From contig OZ316895.1 in the NCBI GenBank assembly GCA_973895155.1, forward strand, positions 1,564,412 through 1,628,411: a stretch of 64,000 nucleotides of DNA, in the 5' to 3' direction. This document shows positions 13,001 through 24,768 of this stretch, piece by piece (the stretch's first letter is position 1; every line of letters begins with the position of its first letter). Position numbers and translations under genes: made by a program. The notes beneath the pieces are model-generated. The model ran no database searches and was not told where the DNA came from. It saw nothing but the letters and a program-made list of their open reading frames with translations. This stretch comes from Marsupella aquatica. Taxonomy: Eukaryota > Plantae > Marchantiophyta.

Positions 13001-13732
13001 ATTCACTCACTGATTTAAATGTGGCCGTTAGCGCGGTGAGGCAGTGAAACAAACTGATTCACTACTTTGAGCAGAGCGCATTGTTGGCAAAATCGGTCAA
13101 TAAAACAGAGAAGTATTTCAAATTTGCAAAGGCCTCTGTAATTTCCTCCACTTTGACTGAAATGTCCCTTGCCTAAATTAATCACTGGCTGACTGCCGCT
13201 GATTTAAAGGCGGCATTCAGGTTATGGAGGGATGCGACACACTGCCTGGAAAAGTTTCGAGCAGAAATGTTTCCTTACCAACCATCAAATACAAAATACA
13301 GTTCTTCGGGTACTGAAGAAATTGGGGGACACAAGCCGAAAGTCCAGTCATGAGTGCTTCACAGGAGCTGTATGTACCACTAACAACCACATCCATGTTG
13401 GCAAGGGGTTGAGAGTCAGACCGCATTGACCTGGAGGAGAGTGCTTCCTCATCAAACTCAGGCCATCCAACCATAGCAACTCCTCTACAGATGCTTCCAA
13501 GAAAAGAGTTCCAGCCACAGTGCGTCAAGAAGCCACCAGAGAAACAATGCAAAAAACGTTGAAGCTGCAGGGCGAAACGCTCTTCACGAGAACCCTCGGT
13601 CCTCGATGCGTGAGTGACGTTGCGGCAGGACATTTGAGACATCCCCACAGTTCGGATCACGGGCTTTACTCTGACGATCCACAAGTAATAGACCCGTCTT
13701 TGCTTCGACGCCATAAGTCAGCTCCTTGGTCT

Positions 13733-13943
13733 CAGTCTCAGAAAGGTAGACAATGCTTCCAAACGAAATTCACTGAAGAGACTCCTTGTGTGTCGAGCAC
13801 TAAATTCGCTCCAAATCCTGGGTCCTCGGAACTAGCCAGTCTCAGAAAGGTAGACAATGCTTCCAAACGAAATTCACTGAACAGACTCGGTGTGTGTCGA
13901 GTCACTAGCTTCGCTCCAAATCCTGGGTCCTCGAACCTCGCCA
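13733..13943. repeat. 104-bp two-copy tandem duplication just downstream of the ANTH stop codon (probable 3' UTR)
   Basis: CAGTCTCAGAAAGGTAGACAATGCTTCCAAACGAAATTCACTGAA...CGCTCCAAATCCTGGGTCCTCG at 13733 and 13837. Confidence 0.9.
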
Positions 13944-14041
13944 ACTATGTTGGGATCCCTAGACAATTAAGTGTAAGCAGTAGCTGCAGGAGCAGCCAGG
14001 CCAGATGCTCGCACATAATTTCTGATTGAATGGCGATGGAG

Positions 14042-15985
14042 CTAATAATATGAAAATTGCCGATACATTCCCTGATTATAGTATGGGAGAGCCAATTGAG
14101 GTTGCGGGTAAAGAGAAGCGTTTTGATTGTGTATATTCGTCATACTGTACTGACCCCTCATACCCTCCGATTGATACTGTTGCCACATTTGCTGCTCTTG
14201 AACTAAAAGTTGTTGTTTCTTCAACACATCAGACATTTGGACGTAGGGTGGTGGGGGAACGACAGCAGACGCGGCAAATGGATCCTGGCCCGGCATAGCC
14301 ACGGATTGAGGAGCTGGAAGAGCGAGCACATTGGAAGACGGTCTCGAAGCCCCTGTTGACGCAACGCTGCTTTCGCTACCGGAAGGAACGATGTTTACCG
14401 CTCTACGAGCATCCGCTTGCTCGTACATGCTGTCGAGGAGAAGAGGGTTGAAGCCACCCGCCAAGGTTTCCCCTTTCGCTTGAGCAAGATTACTAGCAGA
14501 CTCGACCAAGGCAAGCTCCCATCCTGCCTTTCCCGAAACGTCTGAAAAGTTTGCCCTGGGCATGCCCGGTCGATCTCCGGGCGTGAACGATTCCCACTTA
14601 CCATTCCCCGGGGCCCCAGAAGAAAACAATGCGAGGGCAAGCTTATCTTCCTCCTGCTCAGCCGTCAACGCGCCTTCCTTTAAATTCAGCAAATCTGCTT
14701 CAGTTTGCACTTCTGGCTCGGGCTCGGGCTCGGGCTCAGGCTCAGGCTCCACAACAGGAGGTGCGGGAAGCGCCTTCATTTCCATCGTGTCTTCGTAAGT
14801 CCTTTGGGGTGAGGGGCTCCTCGGTCTAGGTTCTGGTTCAGGGCTCTTCGGCCTGACCACCAGTGCAGTGCGCCCGTCTCTCAGGTGATCCTCAAGCTCA
14901 TCCAACTGATCCGGAGTCACCTTCGTGACACTCGGGTACTCGGAAGAGCGACCCACACCAATGTCCTTGCAAAGAGCAAAAAACGATGAGAGCTCCTGTA
15001 GCTGCTTACCTGCTCTCTTATAGACGTCAAAGGCTTTAATTGCGACTGGATGCTCCATCTCGAAGAAGCCAGCCCGAAGCCGCGCCAGGCCATCACTCAA
15101 ATCGGTGTGAAGCTGGAAGGACTCGATGACAATAGCATACAAGGCAATCTGAATCAGGCGGTTAATCCTTGCGCCACCTGTGGGGCGGCAACCAAGGACG
15201 CGCTCCAACAATCTCTGCAACTTCGGCAGCTTTTCTAATAACATCTCAGGATTCATTTCCTTAATGGGAGTAGCCTCTCCATTCGAGTCCTCCTTTTGCT
15301 CATACTCATAGTCCCGTTCAGAGCTGCCGTTCCTCCTCCGTTCCGAGCCATCACGGCGGGGGGATCTCCAATCATCGTAGGTGCTTCTCCTGTCATCGTA
15401 AGAGCTCCGTCTTTCATCGTAAGAGCCTCTCCTCCTGTCATCGAAACCAGGCGAACGCCTATAATCATCTCGATCTCGAGGCGATCTGCGGTTGCTGTTT
15501 CCCTTTCTGTCATTCGAAGAGGAGAGGCAATCTAGGCGCTCATCTAGAAACAAACTGTAAGTACGAACAAATGCAGAATAATCCCACGCTTCAGTAGAAT
15601 TGGAGTCGTCCCTGAAGCCACCCATGTTCAATATGCGGATACCGTAAGTTCCCGCTTTATTAATCTCCTGCTCAAAAACTGGATCCCCGTCGCGCAGAAG
15701 CCGATGGATGACCATGAGGGCCTTCAGAGCCACGATCCAGTTTTTTGTTTTGCTGAGCCGCTTCGACAGCCCTGCAATGCATGCTTGCGTGTAGCCGCGA
15801 GAATAGGAGACGTAGTGGAGAAGCTCGTGCATGTACTTCTCCTCTGTTGGAAATTCGTCATGGCTCGTTGCCTTCACCAGCGTCACATCTAGATCTGGCG
15901 AGCCAGTAACCTTCGCGATCTGTATGCTGGTTTGATCTTTCACAACCCCCAACGCCTTACGCAGCTTCAGCTGCACCGGTGCCAT
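14042..15985 (-). CDS. ANTH-domain clathrin assembly protein (AP180/PICALM/CAP1 family), 647 aa, single coding exon
   Basis: The first ATG is at 15985 (MAPVQLKLRKALGVVKDQTSI); the ORF track's start at 16030 is a TTG. ANTH signatures: KATSHDE, RLSKTKNWIVALKALMVIHRLLRDGD, WDYSAFVRTYSLFLDERL, LLERVLGCRPTG. C-terminal plant CAP motifs: ADLLNL, DKLALALF, WELALVESASNL, LAGGFNPLLLDSMY, DPFAAS...PPPPYVQMSD. Confidence 0.95.
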   Translation of the reverse strand: MAPVQLKLRKALGVVKDQTSIQIAKVTGSPDLDVTLVKATSHDEFPTEEKYMHELLHYVSYSRGYTQACIAGLSKRLSKTKNWIVALKALMVIHRLLRDGDPVFEQEINKAGTYGIRILNMGGFRDDSNSTEAWDYSAFVRTYSLFLDERLDCLSSSNDRKGNSNRRSPRDRDDYRRSPGFDDRRRGSYDERRSSYDDRRSTYDDWRSPRRDGSERRRNGSSERDYEYEQKEDSNGEATPIKEMNPEMLLEKLPKLQRLLERVLGCRPTGGARINRLIQIALYAIVIESFQLHTDLSDGLARLRAGFFEMEHPVAIKAFDVYKRAGKQLQELSSFFALCKDIGVGRSSEYPSVTKVTPDQLDELEDHLRDGRTALVVRPKSPEPEPRPRSPSPQRTYEDTMEMKALPAPPVVEPEPEPEPEPEPEVQTEADLLNLKEGALTAEQEEDKLALALFSSGAPGNGKWESFTPGDRPGMPRANFSDVSGKAGWELALVESASNLAQAKGETLAGGFNPLLLDSMYEQADARRAVNIVPSGSESSVASTGASRPSSNVLALPAPQSVAMPGQDPFAASAVVPPPPYVQMSDVLKKQQLLVQEQQMWQQYQSEGMRGQYSMTNIHNQNASLYPQPQLALPYYNQGMYRQFSYY

Positions 15986-16085
15986 TGCTTCCGGCTGCTG
16001 ACGGTCAATCACTCGCAATGTCTCTCGCAATTCGACTCCCTACAGCGCCTTTGAACTATACGGGATCTGTCCTACTCAAACTCTG

Positions 16086-16165
16086 TCTTGCCCTCCCTCA
16101 CAATGTATCTCGCTCTAGATCGTTGATCTTGCCCTCCCTCGCAATATATGTCGCTCTAGATCGTT
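16086..16165. repeat. 41-bp two-copy tandem duplication upstream of the ANTH start codon
   Basis: TCTTGCCCTCCCTC(A/G)CAAT...TCGCTCTAGATCGTT at 16086 and 16127. Confidence 0.8.
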
Positions 16166-17339
16166 AAGCTTCAGAATTCACACGGTCTAGCTTGATGCTA
16201 ATCCAGATCAATCAAAAGGCAAAGTCTAGCCGTCCAGATCCATATGCTTGCGTCAGTAATGATGGCATGTGCCTGCCAAATCAACAATGAATTATTGTGA
16301 CTTAGTAGGGCTCCCACCGTCCTAATAATATCACATGTCTGCAGTCCAACTATGAGTTGTGAAGAAGCATAGAATTAACGTGAACTCACCTCTAAATTCT
16401 CCCCACCTTGCACCTCACAGCTAGTTTGTGAGGCTTTATTCCTGCCTATGCCTGGTTTCACCTTCAAGCAACCTGCCTGCCACTCCGACAAATAGCAGCA
16501 TTTCTCCTTTCAGTTGAGACAGGCCAATGTGTCCTCGCCTACGGCACTCCTGGAAAAGCTGAGTGGACAATGTCCGAACACAGAATTTTGCAACAAATCC
16601 AACATTCGCAACCAAGCCACAAAATCCCCAAAGAGTTGCAGCAACGCGTCGATCGTCGACAACTCCGACGGAATGCCTCCAGTCACCCACTTCTGAGACA
16701 CAGAAAGGATCCTCAATTGCAGAAGTTGACGCAAGCGATACTGAGATCGTCACTCCCAACCCGACATTGTTGAGCTTCGATTCAATTACTCGCACTCCAG
16801 TGACACCTCTCCAGCCACACGGATTGGCATTCCCAACATTCGAGCTCCTGAAGACACCGTCCCGATCACTCGTGAAGCGATTTCTACACCAGCAGCACCC
16901 TAAAGCTACAGCTCACTTTCTTCGCACACGGCTGAACGCACACTGCAGCTTGGCTGCACTGAAAAACGTGGAGAGCGATGGAGCAATTCGTTCGACGCTT
17001 GGGTCATTTGCTGACCGAGCGAGTCCCACCTCGGCACGAGAGGAGAGGAGAGGAGAGAGGAGGAGAGAGGGAGACAGCAGATGACAGCCGCGTCGCTCTC
17101 CCACCCGGCCACAATGCGGAATGGCGTCTTTGCTCGGTCAAGCACAACACGGCCCGAGCAAGTACTCCTCCTGACGTTTCCTCCTTCAGAATAATAACCA
17201 GATCCCTCTGCCTCAGGCGCCTCCGCCCGGTGCTCCCTATGAGCTGGCCGCCACATCGACGGCGACACTGACGAACCAACAACAACCTCCTGCCGAACCT
17301 CCCACCCCACCTCCGCCTCCTCCGCGACACAAAAACGAA

Positions 17340-17500
17340 GCACCGGACTGTACGCTAAGTACAAGCACCGGACTGTACGCTAATAAGGACCGTCATCAAG
17401 CGCGACGCGCCCGGAGGAATGAACGAAATGCTGCTAGACAAAAACGAAGGGCCGGACTGTACGCTAAGGACCGTCATCAAGCGCGACGGGCCCGGAGGAA
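17340..17500. repeat. Nested duplications in the GC-rich putative promoter/leader of the ANTH gene
   Basis: CCGGACTGTACGCTAA occurs three times (~17343, ~17368, ~17452). AAGGACCGTCATCAAGCGCGACG(C/G)GCCCGGAGGAA occurs twice (~17385, ~17466). Confidence 0.8.
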
Positions 17501-18072
17501 CGAATCGCTGCTTTCCCGTCCGTCTCTCTCCCCGCGACGCCCCTTGTTGGTCGCTCTCTCTCGCGCCTTCCCGGCCAAGCGCCTCCGTTCCGGTGCCGCT
17601 GAGCTGGCGAGCCGGCTGGCTGGCTGGATGGATGGATCCTGGCTGGCTGGCCCTCGGCGGCGGTCAGTGGTGATGAGCTGGTCGGCTCCACTAAGTCACT
17701 AACCACGAGCCAGAATGGCGAATTGCATTCTTCTGCTTTGCTTCGACACAATTATACATTTGGCATTAACTAACCATGTGACTTTTGCCTACTGGTCAGC
17801 TCTGTGGGTAGGGGGTGTTTTGTGAATAGCAATCCAAGTCACATAGGTTCGGCTCCATTTTTCTCGTGCATGCAATATGGGTTCTTTGCTAAACTGCTGG
17901 GTATGCCAAAATGTTTTTCCAATCTCCCCTTGCATGTTATGTGGGTTCTGTGCCAACATTTCTTCGCCAAACTGTTCTTAAACTCTTCTTTGGCGGGTCT
18001 GGTGCCAAACTGCTTTGAGCAGATTGTTATGCCCCACGGGCACTTGTGGTAATTGTAAGAAGCATATAAAAG

Positions 18073-18279
18073 TATCAGCTTTTAATTGCATTGTCACTAA
18101 AGGGCCCGTTCCAATTTACAAAATTGTCATTGTTTTTAATTTATGTATATGGTTACCCTGGTTACAGTGATGAACTTCTCGACCATATACAAAATTGTGA
18201 CACATTTGTAAATATAAAACAAATGCGTCAATATTGTCAATTCGAGCAACTTTAGTTACAAAGTAATTAGAAGTTGATA
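18073..18279. mobile_element. Degenerate AT-rich fold-back element (probable old MITE)
   Basis: Left arm TATCAGCTTTTAATTGCATTGTCACTAAAG...AATTTACAAAATTG resembles the reverse complement of the right arm (TATCAACTTCTAATTACTTTGTAACTAAAG...AATTGACAATATTG). Inner TGTATATGGT / ACCATATACA also pair. No TSD recognised. Confidence 0.55.
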
Positions 18280-18641
18280 AAAGTGTATTAACCATATCTC
18301 AAGTTCAATCCGAGTCCCCACATGGGGTGCCAGACTGCTTTGGGCAGGTTGTTATGCTTGACAGGCACTTGTGGTAATTATAAGAATTCTCTAAGACAAT
18401 ATAAACCAAGAGTCTCAACTGATCTCTTGCCTGTAATATTGGTTTGGTGCAAAACTGCTTCGTGCTGGTCTAATGTGTCATGCGTTCATTGGGACTTGTG
18501 GTGCTTGTAGGATTGTATGAAAATAATACACAAATATAAACCAGAGTTTTCCTTGCATTTCCACGGACAGCTACCCTTGCAGTAATACCTGGTTGAAGGT
18601 CATGGTTATCAAGCTCAACATCTATTCTCATATACACCCGA

Positions 18642-18714
18642 GTAGGGCCTAGTGGTCAACGTGAGTGGTCAGGGGTGACTTGTGGTCACCAGGGTCCAAG
18701 TTCAAACCCCTACG
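18642..18714 (+). other. tRNA-like remnant (possible tRNA-derived SINE head or tRNA pseudogene)
   Basis: A-box-like CCTAGTGG. A 5-bp stem with 7-nt loop, GGTGA-CTTGTGG-TCACC. B-box-like GTTCAAACC. Ends GTAGGG / CCCTAC can pair. The T-stem does not pair and the D-region spacing is non-canonical. Confidence 0.35.
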
Positions 18715-19741
18715 ATATTGTCCTTCTAAAGAATATGCTCCTGCATGTAGTATTGGTTTTGTGTCTAACCTGTTTGGGAGGTCAAATGAGTTGTGCGCCA
18801 CAGGTGCTTGCGGTACTTGGAGGAAGCATGAAAATAATACAGCAATATAAAACAATTGCACATTTGCCACAACAAACTACTCTAGTTGCTCGGCCTATTC
18901 AAACGCAGATTTCCCCTTTAAAAAAACATATCCTCTGGTGCACTTTGCACTGGTGGTCATCAAGAGGACCCACAGGAAGCTCCGAAAGTGCGTCGCCCTC
19001 CCTTTTGGGGGCCATTATTACAGTCGGTGACACTTATGATGGGTTTTTTAAAGGTTGGTTTGTCTGCCAACAACTTTGACACCGTCTCCTAAAGCTAGAT
19101 GAATGGCAAGAGGGGGAGGGAGGTTACCATTGTCAAGACTCCCGGTTTGGCGTTTTTGTTTTCTGGCACTTTTAATATATACTATCCCTTCTTTGAATAT
19201 AATTAGATGTGATTCAAGCCCTTTGTGTCATTCTGTTAAGTTTTCAATAATTTGGTGAGGAGGCCATCAACACCAAGGCTTGTACGTACTACTGTTAGGA
19301 AGTTTGCAGCTAGCAAACGAAGGCGCTTTCTGGGAATTGGGGAATCGATGCAATGAGTCCTTAGTTTGTGCTAATATTGAGAGGAGGCATGTATTGTTTC
19401 CTGTGCATATCAATAGATGGGAATAGAATAAACCTACTCCAAAATATCTTCTTAACCAATGTCAAAATGTGTCCTTCAGCCTTCAAGAGTTCAATGGTCG
19501 TGGCTTTAGAACTTCTAGTCTCAATTTTTGAAGTTATTATCCTTTCATGTTTTGTCTTATTCAGATTTTTGTGTCTTGTATTTTTATTTCAATGTGCCTT
19601 ATGAAGGGGCAACCTTTGTATTATATAAATTTAAAAAATGGACCCTTTAATTTTTGGTATCTTTGAGAATTTTGAACTCATTTTGGAAGCCCTCTTGATT
19701 TTTAATCTTTGTTATCTCTTAGATTAACCAATGACTTTAAT

Positions 19742-20052
19742 TTCTACCCCTTGAACAAAGTCTTTAAGTCTTCTCATGAAAGAGAGAAATGATTTGTACT
19801 TTCTACCACTTGAACAAAGTCTTTAAGTCTCTTCATAAGCAAGAGAGAAATGATTCTAAATAAAGTGAACATATCATAGTGTTTTTCCCCCTTATTTTAA
19901 GGGAAATCTGTGAGACCTCACCCCATATAAAAGGAATAGTCAGTCACAACATTTGAACTCTATATACATGAGTCTTTCCCCTTATTTTAAGGGGAAATTT
20001 GTGAAACCTCACCCCACATAAAGTGAATAGTCAGTCACAACATTTGAACTCT
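19742..20052. repeat. Two adjacent two-copy tandem duplications (~59 bp and ~91 bp units)
   Basis: TTCTACC..TTGAACAAAGTCTTTAAGTC...AGAGAGAAATGATT twice (19742, 19801). CCCCTTATTTTAAGGG...GAATAGTCAGTCACAACATTTGAACTCTA twice (~19887, ~19978). Confidence 0.85.
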
Positions 20053-20979
20053 AGATCCATGAGTCTCTCAACTCAAGTGAACTACAGCCATGACTCTCTG
20101 GTTGAACACATAGTGTCTTGTTGGGGAAAGCAGCCAGGGATGTAATGCTGGCTCCAGGACTCTCCTTCTGGTCCAGGTCACTTGTAGGCCCTCTACGCAA
20201 AATCCTGAAGCTGTTATGTGTTCAAGGTTTCTTCGCCTCACTCAAATGCTCTACCTTTTGTTATCACATTTTTGGGGTTTATTATATTTGCAATAATGAG
20301 AAAAGCTCGAATGGGGCAAAGTGATTATTTGAACAGAGAGCATGACTATTTTGAACAATCTGGTTCTACATAAGTGAAAAAAGAATAGCCTTTGTGAGAG
20401 AGATAGTTACGGACCCCACTAGAGGTCCATTCCAAAATTTGAGACTCCACAGCGCACCATGTCATCAAGACGCGTTGCAAACAGGTAGGGAGTGGTTTAC
20501 AAAATAAAATTACTTCAACATTCGTGTTTGTGGCATGATTTTGGTAAATTGAGGGACGCCATGCCGTAAACCTTAATGTAAAAATGTTTCAAAAATAACC
20601 ATTTTATTTACCTTGAGTAACCGACTGTTCAATTAGTCGGGCAATTAGTAGGAGGCCCACCTTCCGTTTTATTTACCCTGAGTAACCGACTGCCCACCCG
20701 CATTCTGAATTGTGTTTCAATTGAGTAATAAGTAAATCTCTCTCCGCAAGCTCTGTAACTTGATCACTGATGACAAAGTAATCGTGACAATTTTCTCGAC
20801 CTTCTGCTGCCACGAAGGAAGAAGTGGACATGATTCTATGTTGGTATGCGATCCGATTGACACAGGCCCACTTCAGCGCAATAAAATTCAGCAAACGAAA
20901 GAAGGGCAAAATTGAGAATTCTTCATCTCTCACCTGCTTTGAGTTAGATCTGCAAGAGGTGCTAGATTGGGGTAGAGTG

Positions 20980-21282
20980 CTCAGGGGCCTCAATCCAAGG
21001 GGTGTCTCATATCACGCTCGAACTTTTGGGGGAATAAATACCCTAAAAGTTAAGTCAATAAAGTTTTTTTAATGAATTTTTTTACCCCTAACTTAATGGA
21101 ATATTCTTGGATCCCATATTTGATTTTAAGAAACCCTATGATTCTTATAATTCTCAAAATTGGATTAAAATAACCCTAATGTTCTTCAACAAAAATTTAA
21201 AAGTATTTCACTAAACCCAATAAAAAAACCTTATACTTATTCATGCGTGATGGGTCGAAAGAAAAGAAGTGAGGACCCCGGG
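20980..21282. mobile_element. MITE family A, copy 2 (303 bp, opposite orientation to 8520-8823)
   Basis: TIRs CTCAGGGGCCTCA / TGAGGACCCCGGG. Perfect 8-bp TSD GTAGAGTG at 20972-20979 and 21283-21290. The internal sequence is the reverse complement of copy 1. Confidence 0.9.
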
Positions 21283-22796
21283 GTAGAGTGCGGATTACAG
21301 ACTGATGACCAGCTGACAATCTTCAGAGGGCAGAAAGATTCGAGGTCACAGGCAAACGACTTGCGTTCATCCCCCAAAGTTGATATCTTCTCTTTATCAA
21401 CAGGTGCTTCGCCCGTTGGCAACTAGGATGGAAAGGGCACTGAAATTGAAATCGTGCAATCGTCAGATGTGAGCTAAAAAGAACAGTGTAATCAAGCCTA
21501 AATATTGAACTCCTTTCCATGGCGTCATCATTGCAGTTCCTAACTTGGTGATGCCTCTTGCTACTGTTAGATTGTCCAATGCATCAAACACTATAAACGT
21601 TATAAATTATGAAAAGAATTTACATCAACTCATCAAACACTATAATACACTAGTCACCCAAAAAGTACTTTAGTCTTTACAAAATCAGGAAAAAGTGAGA
21701 GTTCATCCTAGCTCTTCATCAAAAATTGATTTTTTGGGTGCCATCAGATCCACCTAGATACTCCTCCCACCTCAAATGTGTGTCCAATGCCTGCCCAAAA
21801 TGGAAATATAATAAAATTTTGAAATTTTGGAGAAAATCTGAATATGTAAACAAATTTAAATATGTATTCAGAGTGGCTTAAAAACAAAACAAACGGCAAA
21901 ACAAAACAACAAGAAACACTACCTCATATTGTGCAACCATGCCTGAGCACCTATGCTGATTTCCAAACTTAGACCATGGCAGTGCATTTTTACTTTCATT
22001 CCTACTTGATTTAAACGTTGAAATTTTGGGGGGCTCATAGAACAGACATTGTGACCGTTTACTCTTGCAAAAATCAATCTTAGTACCAATGGAGCAAGGG
22101 GTTAAGAATTAAAAACAGGCAAAGATTACCAACATTGTCTGATTAGTTTGTCGCAAAAGACATAATTAAATGCCTTCCAAGCTTATTTGACCTGGGCAGA
22201 TCTGACCTGAGTGAGCCAACCTCACCTAAGCTGATTTGACCTAGGAGGACTTAAAAGGAAAATTATTTTCATTGTGGGAGTGCTGAACCCTTTTTTTGGC
22301 TTTATTCTTAAACAAAAGGGTTTCCCAGGGAAAAAAAAGAAAACAATTCATCAATCTGTGAATCAATGTGGCATGGAGCATTTAGAAAAAAATAAACCTT
22401 ATAACTTTTTCCAGGACATGTGAAGGGTTGTGAAGTGAAATAACTTTTTGCATTTGGATGGACATCCTCAATATTGCTAGTTGTGTTGAGATACATGTGT
22501 TAAAAAACCCGGGGAGAAACCAATGTATCTTGACTTAGAGACGTTTGGTTCAACCAGTTTAGGGTGTGTCCATGACCAAAAGAAAAAATTTCACTATATA
22601 TTAACACCATACATTAGCCATAGCTTTGGCAAGTCACAAGCTGAGCTCCATGACACAATACTCTTCTCTCTTCACTCTCCAACTCTTGACCCCGCTCTTG
22701 ACCATTGATAATTATCAAGTGTGAACTCTAATCTTGTATTTTTAGACTCTAGTTTGAGAGGCTCTCTATTTAGGTGAAACCTTATAATGTATAAAC

Positions 22797-22975
22797 GAGG
22801 GATATGCTTAGTAGACCCCCTTCTGGAAAAAGTTTGCTTAATTAACCCCCTCCATACTTTTCCCCAATCTGGACCGTTGATGGACCTTTCAATCTCAGAT
22901 GTGGGCCGTTCATAGACCTCAGGGGGTGGATCAAGTAACAAGTTTCATTTTGGGGGTTGATCAAGCAAGTACCTC
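22797..22975. mobile_element. Mutator-like MITE family B, copy 1 (179 bp)
   Basis: 9-bp TSD TGTATAAAC at 22788-22796 and 22976-22984. Termini GAGGGATATGCTTAGTAGACCCCC / GGGGGTTGATCAAGCAAGTACCTC. Homologous to 24593-24768. Confidence 0.88.
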
Positions 22976-24087
22976 TGTATAAACTGTAAACATTGGAAAA
23001 CTTTTGACCAATGAATATACAACCTTTGGATTGTGTCTATCTTGAGCCTGGTGAGATGAACCTTGTCACCTTATAATAAAGAATATCAGACAAAAACTTA
23101 TTAAGGAAAAAACAAAATTTTAGTATATGAATATATATTTCTAGCATATCTAATAAAAACTAAGTACTTGAAAAATTACAAGGGTAGGAGAAATAGCTAA
23201 ATTCAAATTTATACAAAGTGAAAGCATAGACTAGACCATATGTATATAACAATATATAGCCATCTCTTCTAATAAGACAAGATACAGAGAAGGTGTACCG
23301 ACATAGATACCCTAAGTAAACCCTAATCTTCCGTAATTCTCATATAACTTACACAAGATCATTAGGGCCTGTGCCAAGTCACTCAATTGGATTTGTAGGT
23401 GGGAAAGAACTATCATTAGGGACCCCATGGGAAGTTCATTCCAAAATTCCTGGATGCATGTGCAATCACATCAGCATGATTTGTCACAAACAAGAACAAT
23501 TAGAAATGCAAAAATAACCAAATTTGATTATGTGTGTTTAAGGCAAGGCAAGAAAAACAGCCAAGACCCTCTAACTGTAAAAATAATGGAAAACTGAAAA
23601 GTAATATTTCAAGTAAAAATATGGGGAAAATAAAGTAAAAAAATAAAAAAGTAAAATATGGGTGAAAGAAAATGTTTTTTGGATGAGTTGTGATTGATAT
23701 ATCCTTGGTTTCTGGTAATCTATTTCAATTTTCTGTTTAACTTACACATTTTTGAAATAATGGCAAGTATAAAGAAACTCTTCAACTATTCTAACATTTA
23801 CCAAGGTAGGATAAGACATCTGAAATTTTTTTCAACTTCTCTAACATTTACCAAGGTAGTTAAGAAACTCTTTGGCTATTATGGTCTTTAATGAAATTCA
23901 CCTACTACCTTTAAAATTCACTTAATTTAGAATACTCCATTTAGTCTTTGTCCTCTGGTCTATTTATCCAAATTGTTCAATAAAACAAGTTTACATAGCC
24001 AAGGGGTCCTCGAACTAATTGGCCAACTAATTTATTTTCCAATCCTGTAGTCTTGAAGTGCCATGAATGGGATAATTACATTTAGGG

Positions 24088-24266
24088 AATATTATTCATC
24101 ATTGAATGGATCCTTATAGGGGTCAGTTCCACCTTGTAGAAGATGCTGCAAAGTCACCCCTGTGCCCTGGATGAGATAATCAGATTTAGAGAATACTATT
24201 CATCATTTAATCAGATCCTTCTAAGGGGTCCGTTCCACCTTGTAGAATATGTTGCAAAGTCATCCC
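24088..24266. repeat. ~104-bp two-copy tandem duplication
   Basis: GAATA(T/C)TATTCATCATT...GGGGTC.GTTCCACCTTGTAGAA.ATG.TGCAAAGTCA at ~24088 and ~24192. Confidence 0.8.
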
Positions 24267-24592
24267 CTTGAACATATTGAATGTTATATGATGAATCCAC
24301 CTTTCATATTTTGTCTTATTTAAATGCTGAGTTCTATATTTTGATTTTCATGTACCTTAATTTGGTGAATCATTTTGTATTAATTTGATCTTGAATTAAC
24401 TTTTAGACCCCTTTTAATTTGAGTGAACTTAAGTATTTTGAATGTATTTGGCTCCCTTCATAAACTTTTAATCTTTCATTTTCAATCACTCCACAGTGAA
24501 TTATCCTTTTTAACATGCGAGTGAGATAAATGAGTTTGAACAATGTGCACATCCTCTGTACTAAGTTCCCTTCATGATTTACTTACAAAATT

Positions 24593-24768
24593 GAGAGATA
24601 TGCTAGTAGACCCTCTTCTGGAAAAAGTTGCTCAATTAACCCCCTGGATACTTTTCCCCAATCTGGACCCTTGATGAACCTTTTGATCTCACATCTGGAC
24701 CGTTGATAGACCTCAGGGGTCGATCAAGTAACAAGTTTCATTTTGGGGGTCGATCAAGCAAATATCTC
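24593..24768. mobile_element. Mutator-like MITE family B, copy 2 (176 bp)
   Basis: 9-bp TSD TACAAAATT at 24584-24592 and 24769-24777. Termini GAGAGATATGCTAGTAGACCC / GGGGGTCGATCAAGCAAATATCTC. The TSD differs from copy 1, so this is an independent insertion. Confidence 0.88.

Noticed and set aside
13217-14029. 165-aa and 169-aa ORFs downstream of the ANTH gene
   Set aside because: No recognisable motifs, they overlap on opposite strands, and the + ORF is partly generated by the 104-bp duplication; likely 3' UTR.
16436-17751. Numerous overlapping ORFs of 60-173 aa
   Set aside because: GC-rich leader/promoter of the ANTH gene gives few stop codons; no frame has protein-like features.
23410-24018. 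Possible element with GGGACCCC / GGGGTCCT termini, related to sequence near 20405-20600
   Set aside because: Termini are short and the putative TSD matches at only 5/8, too weak to call boundaries.
22797-24768. Direct repeats of ~178 bp read as LTRs of a small retroelement
   Set aside because: Each copy has its own TIRs and a different 9-bp TSD, and there are no TG...CA ends, PBS or PPT.
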